DNA from: Eledone cirrhosa
Lineage: Eukaryota
Assembly: GCA_964016885.1 (NCBI GenBank)
Contig: OZ024741.1
Span: forward strand, 194,990,001-195,054,000
DNA: 64,000 nucleotides
Direction: 5' to 3'
The translations under genes and the position numbers were made by a program. Below, in pieces: positions 15,771 to 30,700 of the stretch (the first letter of the stretch is position 1; each line of letters starts with the position of its first letter). Below the pieces are notes generated by a model. The model saw only the letters and a program-made list of their open reading frames with translations, did no database searches and was not told the DNA's origin.

Positions 15771-18700
15771 ATATATTGTATGTGGCCTATGTTATATATT
15801 GTATGTGGCCTATGTTATATATTGTATGTGGCCTATGTTATATATTGTATGCTGCCTATGGTATATATTGTATGCTGTCTATGTTATATATTGTATGTAA
15901 CCTATATTATATATTGTATGCTGCCTATGTTATATATTGTATGTGGCCTATGTTATACATTGTATGCTGCCTATGTTATATATTGTATGTTGCCTATGTT
16001 ATATATTGTATGCTGCCTATGTTATATATTGTATGCTGCCTATGTTATATATTGTATGCTGCCTATGTTATATATTGTATGTGGCCTATGTTATATATTG
16101 TATGTGCCTATGTTATATATTGTATGCTGCCTATGTTATATATTGTATGCTGCCTATGTTATATATAGTATGCTACCTATGTTATATATTGTATGTGGCC
16201 TATGTTATATATTGTATGTGGGCTATGTTATATATTGTATGTGGGCTATGTTATATATTGTATATGGGCTATGTTATATATCGTATTTGGCCTATGTTAT
16301 ATATTCTATGCTGCCTATGTTATATATTGTATACTGCCTATGTTATATATAGTATGCTACCTATGTCATATATTGTATGTGGCCTATGTTATATATTGTA
16401 TGTGGGCTATGTTATATATTGTATGTGGCCTATGTTATATATTGTATGTGCCTATGTTATATATTGTATGCTGCCTATGTTATATATAGTATGCTACCTA
16501 TGTTATATATTGTATGTGGCCTATGTTATATATTGTATGTGGGCTATGTTATATATTGTATGTGGGCTATGTTATATATTGTATATGGGCTATGTTATAT
16601 ATTGTATTTGGTCTATGTTATATATTGTATGCTGCCTATGTTATATATTGTATACTGCCTATGTTATATATAGTATGCTACCTATGTCATATATTGTATG
16701 TGGCCTATGTTATATATTGTATGTGGGCAATGTTATATATTGTATGTGGCCTATGTTATATATTGTATGTGCCTATGTTATATATTGTATGCTGCCTATG
16801 TTATATATAGTATGCTGCCTATGTTATATATTGTATGCTGCCTATGTTATATATTGTATGTGGCCTACGTTATATATTGTATACTGCCTATGTTATATAT
16901 AGTATGCTACCTATGTTATATATTGTATGTGGCCTATGTTATATATAGTATGTGGCCTATGTTATATATTGTATGTGGCCTACGTTATATATTGTATGCT
17001 GCCTATGTTATATATAGTATGCTACCTATGTTATATATTGTATGTGGCCTATGTTATATATAGTATGTGGCCTACGTTATATATTGTATGCTGCCTATGT
17101 TATATATAGTATGCTACCTATGTCATATATTGTATGTGGCCTCTGTTATATATTGTATACTGCCTATGTTATATATTGTATGCTGCCTATGTTATATATT
17201 GTATGTGGCCTATGTTATATATTGTATGTGGCCTATGTCATATATTGTATGCTGCCTATGTTATATATTGTATGTTGCCTATGTCATATATTGTATGTGG
17301 CCTATGTCATATATTGTATGCTGCCTATGTTATATATTGTATGTGGCCTATGTTATATATAGTATGTGGCCTACGATTTATATATTGTATGCTGCCTATG
17401 TTATATATAGAATGCTACCTATGTCATATATTGTATGTGGCCTATGTTATATATTGTATACTGCCTATGTTATATATTGTATGCTGTCAATGTTATATAT
17501 AGTATGTGGCCTACGTTATATATTGTATACTGTCTATGTTATATATTGTATACTGCCTATGTTATATATAGTATGCTACCTATGTCATATATTGTATGTG
17601 GCCTATGTTATATATTGTATGTGGCCTATGTTATATATTGTATGCTGCCTATGGTATACATTGTATGCTGTCTATGTTATATATTGTATGTGACCTATAT
17701 TATATATTGTATGCTGCCTATGTTATATATTGTATGTGGCCTATGTTATACATTGTATGCTGCCTATGTTATATATTGTATGTTGCCTATGTTATATATT
17801 GTATGCTGCCTATGTTATATATTGTATGCTGCCTATGTTATATATTGTATGCTGCCTATGTTATATATTGTATGTGGCCTATGTTATATATTGTATGTGC
17901 CTATGTTATATATTGTATGCTGCCTATGTTATATATTGTATGCTGTCTATGTTATATATTGTATGTGGCCTATGTTATATATTGTATGCTGCCTATGTTA
18001 TATATAGTATGCTACCTATGTTATATATTGTATGTGGCCTATGTTATATATTGTATGTGGGCTGTTATATATTGTATCTGGGCTATGTTATATATTGTAT
18101 ATGGGCTATGTTATATATTGTATTTGGCCTATGTTATATATTGTATGCTGCCTATGTTATATATAGTATGCTACCTATGTCATATATTGTATGTGGCCTA
18201 TGTTATATATTGTATCTGGGCTATGTTATATATTGTATGTGGCCTATGTTATATATTGTATGTGCCTATGTTATATATTGTATGCTGCCTATGATATATA
18301 TTGTATGCTGCCTATGTTATATATTGTATGTGACCTATATTATATATTGTATGCTGCCTATGTTATATATTGTATTTGGCCTATGTTATATATTGTATGC
18401 TGCCTATGTTATATATTGTATACTGCCTATGTTATATATAGTATGCTACCTATGTCATATATTGTATGTGGCCTATGTTATATATTGTATGTGGGCAATG
18501 TTATATATTGTATGTGGCCTATGTTATATATTGTATGTGCCTATGTTATATATTGGATGCTGCCTATGTTATATATAGTATGCTGCCTATGTTATATATT
18601 GTATGCTGCCTATGTTATATATTGTATGTGGCCTACGTTATATATTGTATACTGCCTATGTTATATATAGTATGCTACCTATGTTATATATTGTATGTGG

Positions 18701-21700
18701 CCTATGTTATATATAGTATGTGGCCTATGTTATATATTGTATGTGGCCTACGTTATATATTGTATGCTGCCTATGTTATATATAGTATGCTACCTATGTT
18801 ATATATTGTATGTGGCCTATGTTATATATAGTATGTGGCCTACGTTATATATTGTATGCTGCCTATGTTATATATAGTTTGCTACCTATGTCATATATTG
18901 TATGTGGCCTATGTTATATATTGTATACTGCCTATGTTATATATTGTATGCTGCCTATGTTATATATTGTATGTGGCCTATGTTATATATTGTATGTGGC
19001 CTATGTCATATATTGTATGCTGCCTATGTTATATATTGTATGCTGCCTATGTCATATATTGTATGTGGCCTATGTTATATATTGTATGTGGCCTATGTTA
19101 TATATTGTATGTGGCCTATGTTATATATTGTATGCTGCCTATGGTATATATTGTATGCTGTCTATGTTATATATTGTATGTGACCTATATTATATATTGT
19201 ATGCTGCCTATGTTATATATTGTATGTGGCCTATGTTATACATTGTATGCTGCCTATGTGATATATTGTATGTTGCCTATGTTATATATTGTATGCTGCC
19301 TATGTTATATATTGTATGCTGCCTATGTTATATATTGTATGCTGCCTATGTTATATATTGTATGTGGCCTATGTTATATATTGTATGTGCCTATGTTATA
19401 TATTGTATGCTGCCTATGTTATATATTGTATGCTGTCTATGTTATATATTGTATGTGGCCTATGTTATATATTGTATGCTGCCTATGTTATATATAGTAT
19501 GCTACCTATGTTATATATTGTATGTGGCCTATGTTATATATTGTATGTGGGCTATGTTATATATTGTATGTGGGCTATGTTATATATTGTATATGGGCTA
19601 TGTTATATATTGTATTTGGCCTATGTTATATATTCTATGCTGCCTATGTTATATATTGTATACTGCCTATGTTATATATAGTATGCTACCTATGTTATAT
19701 ATTGTATGTGGCCTATGTTATATATAGTATGAGGCCTATGTTATATATTGTATGTGGCCTACGTTATATATTGTATGCTGCCTATGTTATATATAGTATG
19801 CTACCTATGTTATATATTGTATGTGGCCTATGTTATATATAGTATGTGGCCTACGTTATATATTGTATGCTGCCTATGTTATATATAGTATGCTACCTAT
19901 GTCATATATTGTATGTGGCCTATGTTATATATTGTATACTGCCTATGTTATATATTGTATGCTGCCTATGTTATATATTGTATGTGGCCTATGTTATATA
20001 TTGTATGTGGCCTATGTCATATATTGTATGCTGCCTATGTTATATATTGTATGCTGCCTATGTCATATATTGTATGTGGCCTATGTTATATATTGTATAC
20101 TGCCTATGTTATATATTGTATGCTGCCTATGTTATATATTGTATGTTGCCTATGTTATATATTGTATGCTGCCTATGTTATATATTGTATGCTGCCTATG
20201 TTATATATTGTATGCTGCCTATGTTATATATTGTATGTGGCCTATGTTATATATTGTATGTGCCTATGTTATATATTGTATGCTGCCTATGTTATATATT
20301 GTATGCTGTCTATGTTATATATTGTATGTGGCCTATGTTATATATTGTATGCTGCCTATGTTATATATAGTATGCTACCTATGTTATATATTGTATGTGG
20401 CCTATGTTATATATTGTATGTGGGCTATGTTATATATTGTATGTGGGCTATGTTATATATTGTATATGGGCTATGTTATATATTGTATTTGGCCTATGTT
20501 ATATATTCTATGCTGCCTATGATATATATTGTATACTGCCTATGTTATATATAGTATGCTACCTATGTCATATATTGTATGTGGCCTATGTTATATATTG
20601 TATGTGGGCTATGTTATATATTGTATGTGGCCTATGTTATATATTGTATGTGCCTATGTTATATATTGTATGCTGCCTATGTTATATATAGTATGCTACC
20701 TATGTTATATATTGTATGTGGCCTATGTTATATATTGTATGTGGGTTATGTTATATATTGTATGTGGGCTATGTTATATATTGTATATGGGCTATGTTAT
20801 ATATTGTATTTGGCCTATGTTATATATTGTATGCTGCCTATGTTATATATTGTATACTGCCTATGTTATATATAGTATGCTACCTATGTCATATATTGTA
20901 TGTGGCCTATGTTATATATTGTATGTGGGCAATGTTATATATTGTATGTGGCCTATGTTATATATTGTATGTGCCTATGTTATATATTGTATGCTGCCTA
21001 TGTTATATATTGTATGCTGCCTATGTTATATATTGTATGTGGCCTACGTTATATATTGTATACTGCCTATGTTATATATAGTATGCTACCTGTGTTATAT
21101 ATTGTATGTGGCCTATGTTATATATAGTATGTGGCCTATGTTATATATTGTATGTGGCCTACGTTATATATTGTATGCTGCCTATGTTATATATAGTATG
21201 CTACCTATGTTATATATTGTATGTGGCCTATGTTATATATAGTATGTGGCCTACGTTATATATTGTATGCTGCCTATGTTATATATAGTATGCTACCTAT
21301 GTCATATATTGTATGTGGCCTCTGTTATATATTGTATACTGCCTATGTTATATATTGTATGCTGCCTATGCTATATATTGTATGTGGCCTATGTTATATA
21401 TTGTATGTGGCCTATGTCATATATTGTATGCTGCCTATGTTATATATTGTATGCTGCCTATGTCATATATTGTATGTGGCCTATGTCATATATTGTATGC
21501 TGCCTATGTTATATATTGTATGTGGCCTATGTTATATATAGTATGTGGCCTACGATTTATATATTGTATGCTGCCTATGTTATATATAGAATGCTACCTA
21601 TGTCATATATTGTATGTGGCCTATGTTATATATTGTATACTGCCTATGTTATATATTGTATGCTGTCAATGTTATATATAGTATGTGGCCTACGTTATAT

Positions 21701-24700
21701 ATTGTATACTGTCTATGTTATATATTGTATACTGCCTATGTTATATATTGTATGCTGCCTATGTTATATATTGTATGCTGCCTATGTCATATATTGTATG
21801 TGGCCTATGTTATATATTGTATGTGGCCTATGTTATATATTGTATGTGGCCTATGTTATATATTGTATGTGGCCTATGTTATATATTGTATGCTGCCTAT
21901 GGTATATATTGTATGCTGTCTATGTTATATATTGTATGTAACCTATATTATATATTGTATGCTGCCTATGTTATATATTGTATGTGGCCTATGTTATACA
22001 TTGTATGCTGCCTATGTTATATATTGTATGTTGCCTATGTTATATATTGTATGCTGCCTATGTTATATATTGTATGCTGCCTATGTTATATATTGTATGC
22101 TGCCTATGTTATATATTGTATGTGGCCTATGTTATATATTGTATGTGCCTATGTTATATATTGTATGCTGCCTATGTTATATATTGTATGCTGCCTATGT
22201 TATATATAGTATGCTACCTATGTTATATATTGTATGTGGCCTATGTTATATATAGTATGTGGGCTATGTTATATATTGTATGTGGGCTATGTTATATATT
22301 GTATATGGGCTATGTTATATATTGTATTTGGCCTATGTTATATATTCTATGCTGCCTATGTTATATATTGTATACTGCCTATGTTATATATAGTATGCTA
22401 CCTATGTCATATATTGTATGTGGCCTATGTTATATATTGTATGTGGGCTATGTTATATATTGTATGTGGCCTATGTTATATATTGTATGTGCCTATGTTA
22501 TATATTGTATGCTGCCTATGTTATATATAGTATGCTACCTATGTTATATATTGTATGTGGCCTATGTTATATATTGTATGTGGGCTATGTTATATATTGT
22601 ATGTGGGCTATGTTATATATTGTATATGGGCTATGTTATATATTGTATTTGGCCTATGTTATATATTGTATGCTGCCTATGTTATATATTGTATACTGCC
22701 TATGTTATATATAGTATGCTACCTATGTCATATATTGTATGTGGCCTATGTTATATATTGTATGTGGGCAATGTTATATATTGTATGTGGCCTATGTTAT
22801 ATATTGTATGTGCCTATGTTATATATTGTATGCTGCCTATGTTATATATAGTATGCTGCCTATGTTATATATTGTATGCTGCCTATGTTATATATTGTAT
22901 GTGGCCTACGTTATATATTGTATACTGCCTATGTTATATATAGTATGCTACCTATGTTATATATTGTATGTGGCCTATGTTATATATAGTATGTGGCCTA
23001 TGTTATATATTGTATGTGGCCTACGTTATATATTGTATGCTGCCTATGTTATATATAGTATGCTACCTATGTTATATATTGTATGTGGCCTATGTTATAT
23101 ATAGTATGTGGCCTACGTTATATATTGTATGCTGCCTATGTTATATATAGTATGCTACCTATGTCATATATTGTATGTGGCCTCTGTTATATATTGTATA
23201 CTGCCTATGTTATATATTGTATGCTGCCTATGTTATATATTGTATGTGGCCTATGTTATATATTGTATGTGGCCTATGTCATATATTGTATGCTGCCTAT
23301 GTTATATATTGTATGCTGCCTATGTCATATATTGTATGTGGCCTATGTCATATATTGTATGCTGCCTATGTTATATATTGTATGTGGCCTATGTTATATA
23401 TAGTATGTGGCCTACGATTTATATATTGTATGCTGCCTATGTTATATATAGAATGCTACCTATGTCATATATTGTATGTGGCCTATGTTATATATTGTAT
23501 ACTCCCTATGTTATATATTGTATGCTGTCAATGTTATATATAGTATGTGGCCTACGTTATATATTGTATACTGTCTATGTTATATATTGTATACTGCCTA
23601 TGTTATATATAGTATGCTACCTATGTCATATATTGTATGTGGCCTATGTTATATATTGTATGTGGCCTATGTTATATATTGTATGTGGCCTATGTTATAT
23701 ATTGTATGTGGCCTATGTTATATATTGTATGCTGCCTATGGTATACATTGTATGCTGTCTATGTTATATATTGTATGTGACCTATATTATATATTGTATG
23801 CTGCCTATGTTATATATTGTATGTGGCCTATGTTATACATTGTATGCTGCCTATGTTATATATTGTATGTTGCCTATGTTATATATTGTATGCTGCCTAT
23901 GTTATATATTGTATGCTGCCTATGTTATATATTGTATGCTGCCTATGTTATATATTGTATGTGGCCTATGTTATATATTGTATGTGCCTATGTTATATAT
24001 TGTATGCTGCCTATGTTATATATTGTATGCTGTCTATGTTATATATTGTATGTGGCCTATGTTATATATTGTATGCTGCCTATGTTATATATAGTATGCT
24101 ACCTATGTTATATATTGTATGTGGCCTATGTTATATATTGTATGTGGGCTGTTATATATTGTATCTGGGCTATGTTATATATTGTATATGGGCTATGTTA
24201 TATATTGTATTTGGCCTATGTTATATATTGTATGCTGCCTATGTTATATATTGTATACTGCCTATGTTATATATAGTATGCTACCTATGTCATATATTGT
24301 ATGTGGCCTATGTTATATATTGTATCTGGGCTATGTTATATATTGTATGTGGCCTATGTTATATATTGTATGTGCCTATGTTATATATTGTATGCTGCCT
24401 ATGATATATATTGTATGCTGCCTATGTTATATATTGTATGTGACCTATATTATATATTGTATGCTGCCTATGTTATATATTGTATTTGGCCTATGTTATA
24501 TATTGTATGCTGCCTATGTTATATATTGTATACTGCCTATGTTATATATAGTATGCTACCTATGTCATATATTGTATGTGGCCTATGTTATATATTGTAT
24601 GTGGGCAATGTTATATATTGTATGTGGCCTATGTTATATATTGTATGTGCCTATGTTATATATTGTATGCTGCCTATGTTATATATAGTATGCTGCCTAT

Positions 24701-25800
24701 GTTATATATTGTATGCTGCCTATGTTATATATTGTATGTGGCCTACGTTATATATTGTATACTGCCTATGTTATATATAGTATGCTACCTATGTTATATA
24801 TTGTATGTGGCCTATGTTATATATAGTATGTGGCCTATGTTATATATTGTATGTGGCCTACGTTATATATTGTATGCTGCCTATGTTATATATAGTATGC
24901 TACCTATGTTATATATTGTATGTGGCCTATGTTATATATAGTATGTGGCCTACGTTATATATTGTATGCTGCCTATGTTATATATAGTATGCTACCTATG
25001 TCATATATTGTATGTGGCCTATGTTATATATTGTATACTGCCTATGTTATATATTGTATGCTGCCTATGTTATATGTTGTATGTGGCCTATGTTATATAT
25101 TGTATGTGGCCTATGTCATATATTGTATGCTGCCTATGTTATATATTGTATGCTGCCTATGTCATATATTGTATGTGGCCTATGTTATATATTGTATGTG
25201 GCCTATGTTATATATTGTATGTGGCCTATGTTATATATTGTATGCTGCCTATGGTATATATTGTATGCTGTCTATGTTATATATTGTATGTGACCTATAT
25301 TATATATTGTATGCTGCCTATGATATATATTGTATGTGGCCTATGTTATACATTGTATGCTGCCTATGTGATATATTGTATGTTGCCTATGTTATATATT
25401 GTATGCTGCCTATGTTATATATTGTATGCTGCCTATGTTATATATTGTATGCTGCCTATGTTATATATTGTATGTGGCCTATGTTATATATTGTATGTGC
25501 CTATGTTATATATTGTATGCTGCCTATGTTATATATTGTATGCTGTCTATGTTATATATTGTATGTGGCCTATGTTATATATTGTATGATGCCTATGTTA
25601 TATATAGTATGCTACCTATGTTATATATTGTATGTGGCCTATGTTATATATTGTATGTGGGCTATGTTATATATTGTATGTGGGCTATGTTATATATTGT
25701 ATATGGGCTATGTTATATATTGTATTTGGCCTATGTTATATATTCTATGCTGCCTATGTTATATATTGTATACTGCCTATGTTATATATAGTATGCTACC
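15050..25800 (+). repeat. Imperfect ~6.0-6.1 kb tandem duplication
   Basis: Rare markers are paired: CCTGTGTT ~15072/21091, GTAACCTATATT ~15897/21938, GGGCTGTTAT ~18059/24147, CTATGATATA ~18290/24400, TATGTGATAT ~19255/25365. Offsets drift from 6019 to 6110, mostly in whole-monomer steps. Confidence 0.8.
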
Positions 25801-27740
25801 TATGTCATATATTGTATGTGGCCTATGTTATATATTGTATGTGGGCTATGTTATATATTGTATGTGGCCTATGTTATATATTGTATGTGCCTATGTTATA
25901 TATTGTATGCTGCCTATGTTATATATAGTATGCTACCTATGTTATATATTGTATGTGGCCTATGTTATATATTGTATGTGGGCTATGTTATATATTGTAT
26001 GTGGGCTATGTTATATATTGTATATGGGCTATGTTATATATTGTATTTTGCCTATGTTATATATTGTATGCTGCCTATGTTATATATTGTATACTGCCTA
26101 TGTTATATATAGTATGCTACCTATGTCATATATTGTATGTGGCCTATGTTATATATTGTATGTGGGCAATGTTATATATTGTATGTGGCCTATGTTATAT
26201 ATTGTATGTGCCTATGTTATATATTGTATGCTGCCTACGTTATATATTGTATACTGCCTATGTTATATATAGTATGCTACCTATGTTATATATTGTATGT
26301 GGCCTATGTTATATATAGTATGTGGCCTATGTTATATATTGTATGTGGCCTACGTTATATATTGTATGCTGCCTATGTTATATATAGTATGCTACCTATG
26401 TTATATATTGTATGTGGCCTATGTTATATATAGTATGTGGCCTACGTTATCTATTGTATGCTGCCTATGTTATATATAGTATGCTACCTATGTCATATAT
26501 TGTATGTGGCCTCTGTTATATATTGTATACTGCCTATGTTATATATTGTATGCTGCCTATGTTATATATTGTATGTGGCCTATGTTATATATTGTATGTG
26601 GCCTATGTCATATATTGTATGCTGCCTATGTTATATATTGTATGCTGCCTATGTCATATATTGTATGTGGCCTATGTCATATATTGTATGCTGCCTATGT
26701 TATATATTGTATGTGGCCTATGTTATATATAGTATGTGGCCTACGATTTATATATTGTATGCTGCCTATGTTATATATAGAATGCTACCTATGTCATATA
26801 TTGTATGTGGCCTATGTTATATATTGTATACTGCCTATGTTATATATTGTATGCTGTCAATGTTATATATAGTATGTGGCCTACGTTATATATTGTATAC
26901 TGTCTATGTTATATATTGTATACTGCCTATGTTATATATAGTATGCTACCTATGTCATATATTGTATGTGGCCTATGTTATATATTGTATGTGGCCTATG
27001 TTATATATTGTATGTGGCCTATGTTATATATTGTATGTGGCCTATGTTATATATTGTATGCTGCCTATGGTATATATTGTATGCTGTCTATGTTATATAT
27101 TGTATGTGACCTATATTATATATTGTATGCTCCCTATGTTATATATTGTATGTGGCCTATGTTATACATTGTATGCTGCCTATGTTATATATTGTATGTT
27201 GCCTATGTTATATATTGTATGCTGCCTATGTTATATATTGTATGCTGCCTATGTTATATATTGTATGCTGCCTATGTTATATATTGTATGTGGCCTATGT
27301 TATATATTGTATGTGCCTATGTTATATATTGTATGCTGCCTATGTTATATATTGTATGCTGTCTATGTTATATATTGTATGTGGCCTATGTTATATATTG
27401 TATGCTGCCTATGTTATATATAGTATGCTACCTATGTTATATATTGTATGTGGCCTATGTTATATATTGTATGTGGGCTGTTATATATTGTATCTGGGCT
27501 ATGTTATATATTGTATATGGGCTATGTTATATATTGTATTTGGCCCATGTTATATATTGTATGCTGCCTATGTTATATATTGTATACTGCCTATGTTATA
27601 TATACTATGCTACCTATGTCATATATTGTATGTGGCCTATGTTATATATTGTATCTGGGCTATGTTATATATTGTATGTGGCCTATGTTATATATTGTAT
27701 GTGCCTATGTTATATATTGTATGCTGCCTATGTTATATAT
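22900..27740 (+). repeat. Duplication at offset 3329 bp at the right end of the homogeneous domain
   Basis: ORFs 23083/26412, 23108/26437 and 24119/27448. TACGATTT at 23413/26742. Confidence 0.8.
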
Positions 27741-27799
27741 TGTATGTGACCTATATTATATATTGTATGCTGCCTATGTTATATATTGTATGTGGCCTA

Positions 27800-30700
27800 T
27801 GTTATACATTGTATGCTGCCTATGTTACATATTGTACGTTGCCTATGTTATGTATTGTATGCTGCCTATGTTATATATTGTATGCTGCCTATGTTATATA
27901 TTATATGTTGCGTATGTTATATATTGTATGCTGCCTATATTATATATTGTATGCTGCCTATGTTATATATTGTATGTGGCCTATGTTTTATATTGTATGC
28001 TGCCTATGTTATATATTGTATGTGGCCTATGTTATATATTGCATGCTGTCTATGTTATATATAGTATGTTACCTATGTTATATATAGTATGCTACCTATG
28101 TTATATATTGTATGTGGCCTATGCTATATATTGTATGTGGGCTATGTTATATATTGTATATGGGCTATGTTGTATATTGTATGTGGCCTATGTTATATAT
28201 TGTATGTGCCTATGTTATATATTGTATGCTGCCTATCTTATATATTGTATGCTGGCTATGTTATATATTGTATGTGGCCTATGTTATATATTGTATGCTG
28301 CCTATGTTATATATAGTATGCTACCTATGTTATATATTGTATGTGGGCTATGTTATATATTGTATGTGGGCTATGTTATATATTGTATATGGGCTATGTT
28401 ATATATTGTATGTGGCCTATGTTATATATTGTATGCTGCCTATGTTATATATTATATGTGGCTTATGTTATATATTGTATGTGGCCTATTATATATATTG
28501 TATGTGGGCTATGTTATATAGTGTATGCTGCCTTTGTTCCATATTGTATGTGGCCTATGTTACATATTGTATGTGGGCTATGTTATATATTGTATGCGGC
28601 CTATGTTATATGTGGTATTCTGCCTATGTTATATAGTGTATGCTGCCTATGTTATACATTGTATGCTGCCTATGTTATATATTGTATGCTGCCTATGTTA
28701 TATATTGTATGTGGCCTATGTTATATATTGTATGAGGCCTATGTTATACATTGTATGCTGCCTATGTTATATATTGTATGCTGCCTATGTTATATATTGT
28801 ATGTTGTCTATGTCATATATTGTATGCTGCCTATGTTATATATTGTATGCTGCCTATGTTATATATTGTATGCTGCCTATGTTATATATTGTATGCTGCC
28901 TATGTTATATATTGTATGTGGCCTATGTTATATATTGTATGCTGCCTATGTTATATATTGTATGTGGCCTATATTATATATTGTATGTGGCCTATGTTAT
29001 ATATAGTATGTGGCCCATGCTATATATTGTATGTGGGCTATGTTATATATTGTATGCTGCCTATATTATATATTATATGTGGCCTATGTTATATATAGTA
29101 TGCGGCCTATGTTATATATTGTATGCTGCCTATGTTATATTTTGTATGCGGCCTATGTTATATATTGTATGCGGCCTATGTTATATATTGTATGCCTACT
29201 ATGTTATTTATTGTATGTGGCCTATATTAAATATTGTATGCTGCCTATGTTATATAATGTATGTAGCCTATGTTATATATTGTATGCTGCCTATGTTATA
29301 TATTGTATGCTGCCTATGTTATATATTGTATGAGGCCTTTGTTATATATATTATGCTGCGTATGTTATATATTGTATGTAACCTATGTTATATATTATAT
29401 GCTGCCTAGGTTATATATTGTATGTAGCCTATGTTATATATTGTATGTGGCCTATGTTATATATTTATGCTGCCTATGTTATATATTGTATGCTGCCTAT
29501 GTTATATATTGTATGATGCCTTTGTTATATATTGTATGTGGCCTATGTTATATATTGTTTGTGGCCTATGTTATATATTGTATGATGCCTAAGTTTTATT
29601 TGGTATGAGGCCTATGATATATATGGTTTGTGACCTATGTTTATATATTTTATTCTGCCTATGTTATATATTGTATGATGCCTATATTATATATTGTAAG
29701 TTGCCTATGTTATATATTGTATGCTGCCTATGTTATATATTGTACGTGGCCTATGTTATATATTGTATGTGATCTATGCTATATATTGTATGCTGCCTAT
29801 GTTATATATAGTATGTGGCCTATGTTATATATTGTATATGGCCTATGTTATATATTGTATGCTGCCTATGTTATATATTGTATGTGGTCTATGTTATATA
29901 TTGTATGTGGCCTACGTTATATATTGTATGTGGCCTATGTTACATATTGTATGCGGTATATGTTATATATTGTATGTGGCCTATGTTATATATTGCATGC
30001 TGCCTATGTTATATATTGTATGCTGCCTATGTTATATATTGTATGTGGCCTACGTTATATATTGTATGCTGCGTTATATATTATGTGTGGCCTATGTTAT
30101 ATATTGTATTTGGCCTATGTTATACGTTGTATGCTGCCTATGTTATATATTGTATGTATCCTATGTTATATATTGTATGTTGCCGATGTTTTATATTGTT
30201 AGTGGCCTATGTTATGTATTGTATGCTACCTATGTTATATATTGTATGTGGCCTATGTTATATATTGTATGTGGCCTATGTTATATATTGTATGTGGCAT
30301 ATGTTATATATTGTATACTGCTTATGTTATATATTGTATGCCGCCTATGTTATATATTGTATGTGGCCTATGTTATATAGTGTATGCGGCATATGTTATA
30401 TATTGTATGTAGTCTATGTTATATATTGTGTCGGGCCTATGTTACATATTGTATGATGCCTAAGTTTTATTTGGTATGAGGCCTATGATATATATGGTCT
30501 GTGACCTATGTTTATGTATTGTATTCTGCCTATGTTATATATTGTATGATGCCTATTTTATATATTGTATGTGGCCTATGTTATTTATTGTATACGACAT
30601 ATGTTATATATTGTATGCTGCTTATGTTATAGATTGTATGCTGCCTATGTTATATATTGTATGTGACCTATGTTATATATTGTATGTGGCCTATGTTATA

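Larger units (their letters stand above)
1..27800 (+). repeat. Homogeneous domain of the satellite with nested higher-order repeats
   Basis: A small fixed set of monomer variants (GTGGCC, GCTGCC, GTGGGC, ATGGGC, TTGGCC, ACTGCC, TAG..CTACC, GTGCC, GTGACC, TACG, GTCA) is reused in fixed orders. Identical translated ORFs recur at constant offsets, and private substitutions are rare. Confidence 0.93.

Noticed and set aside
1-27800. Coupling of the TAG variant with the following CTACC as a compensatory or structural pair
   Set aside because: Common descent of one monomer explains it. The two changes occur separately in the diverged layers, and TAG also occurs with CTGCC and GTGGCC.
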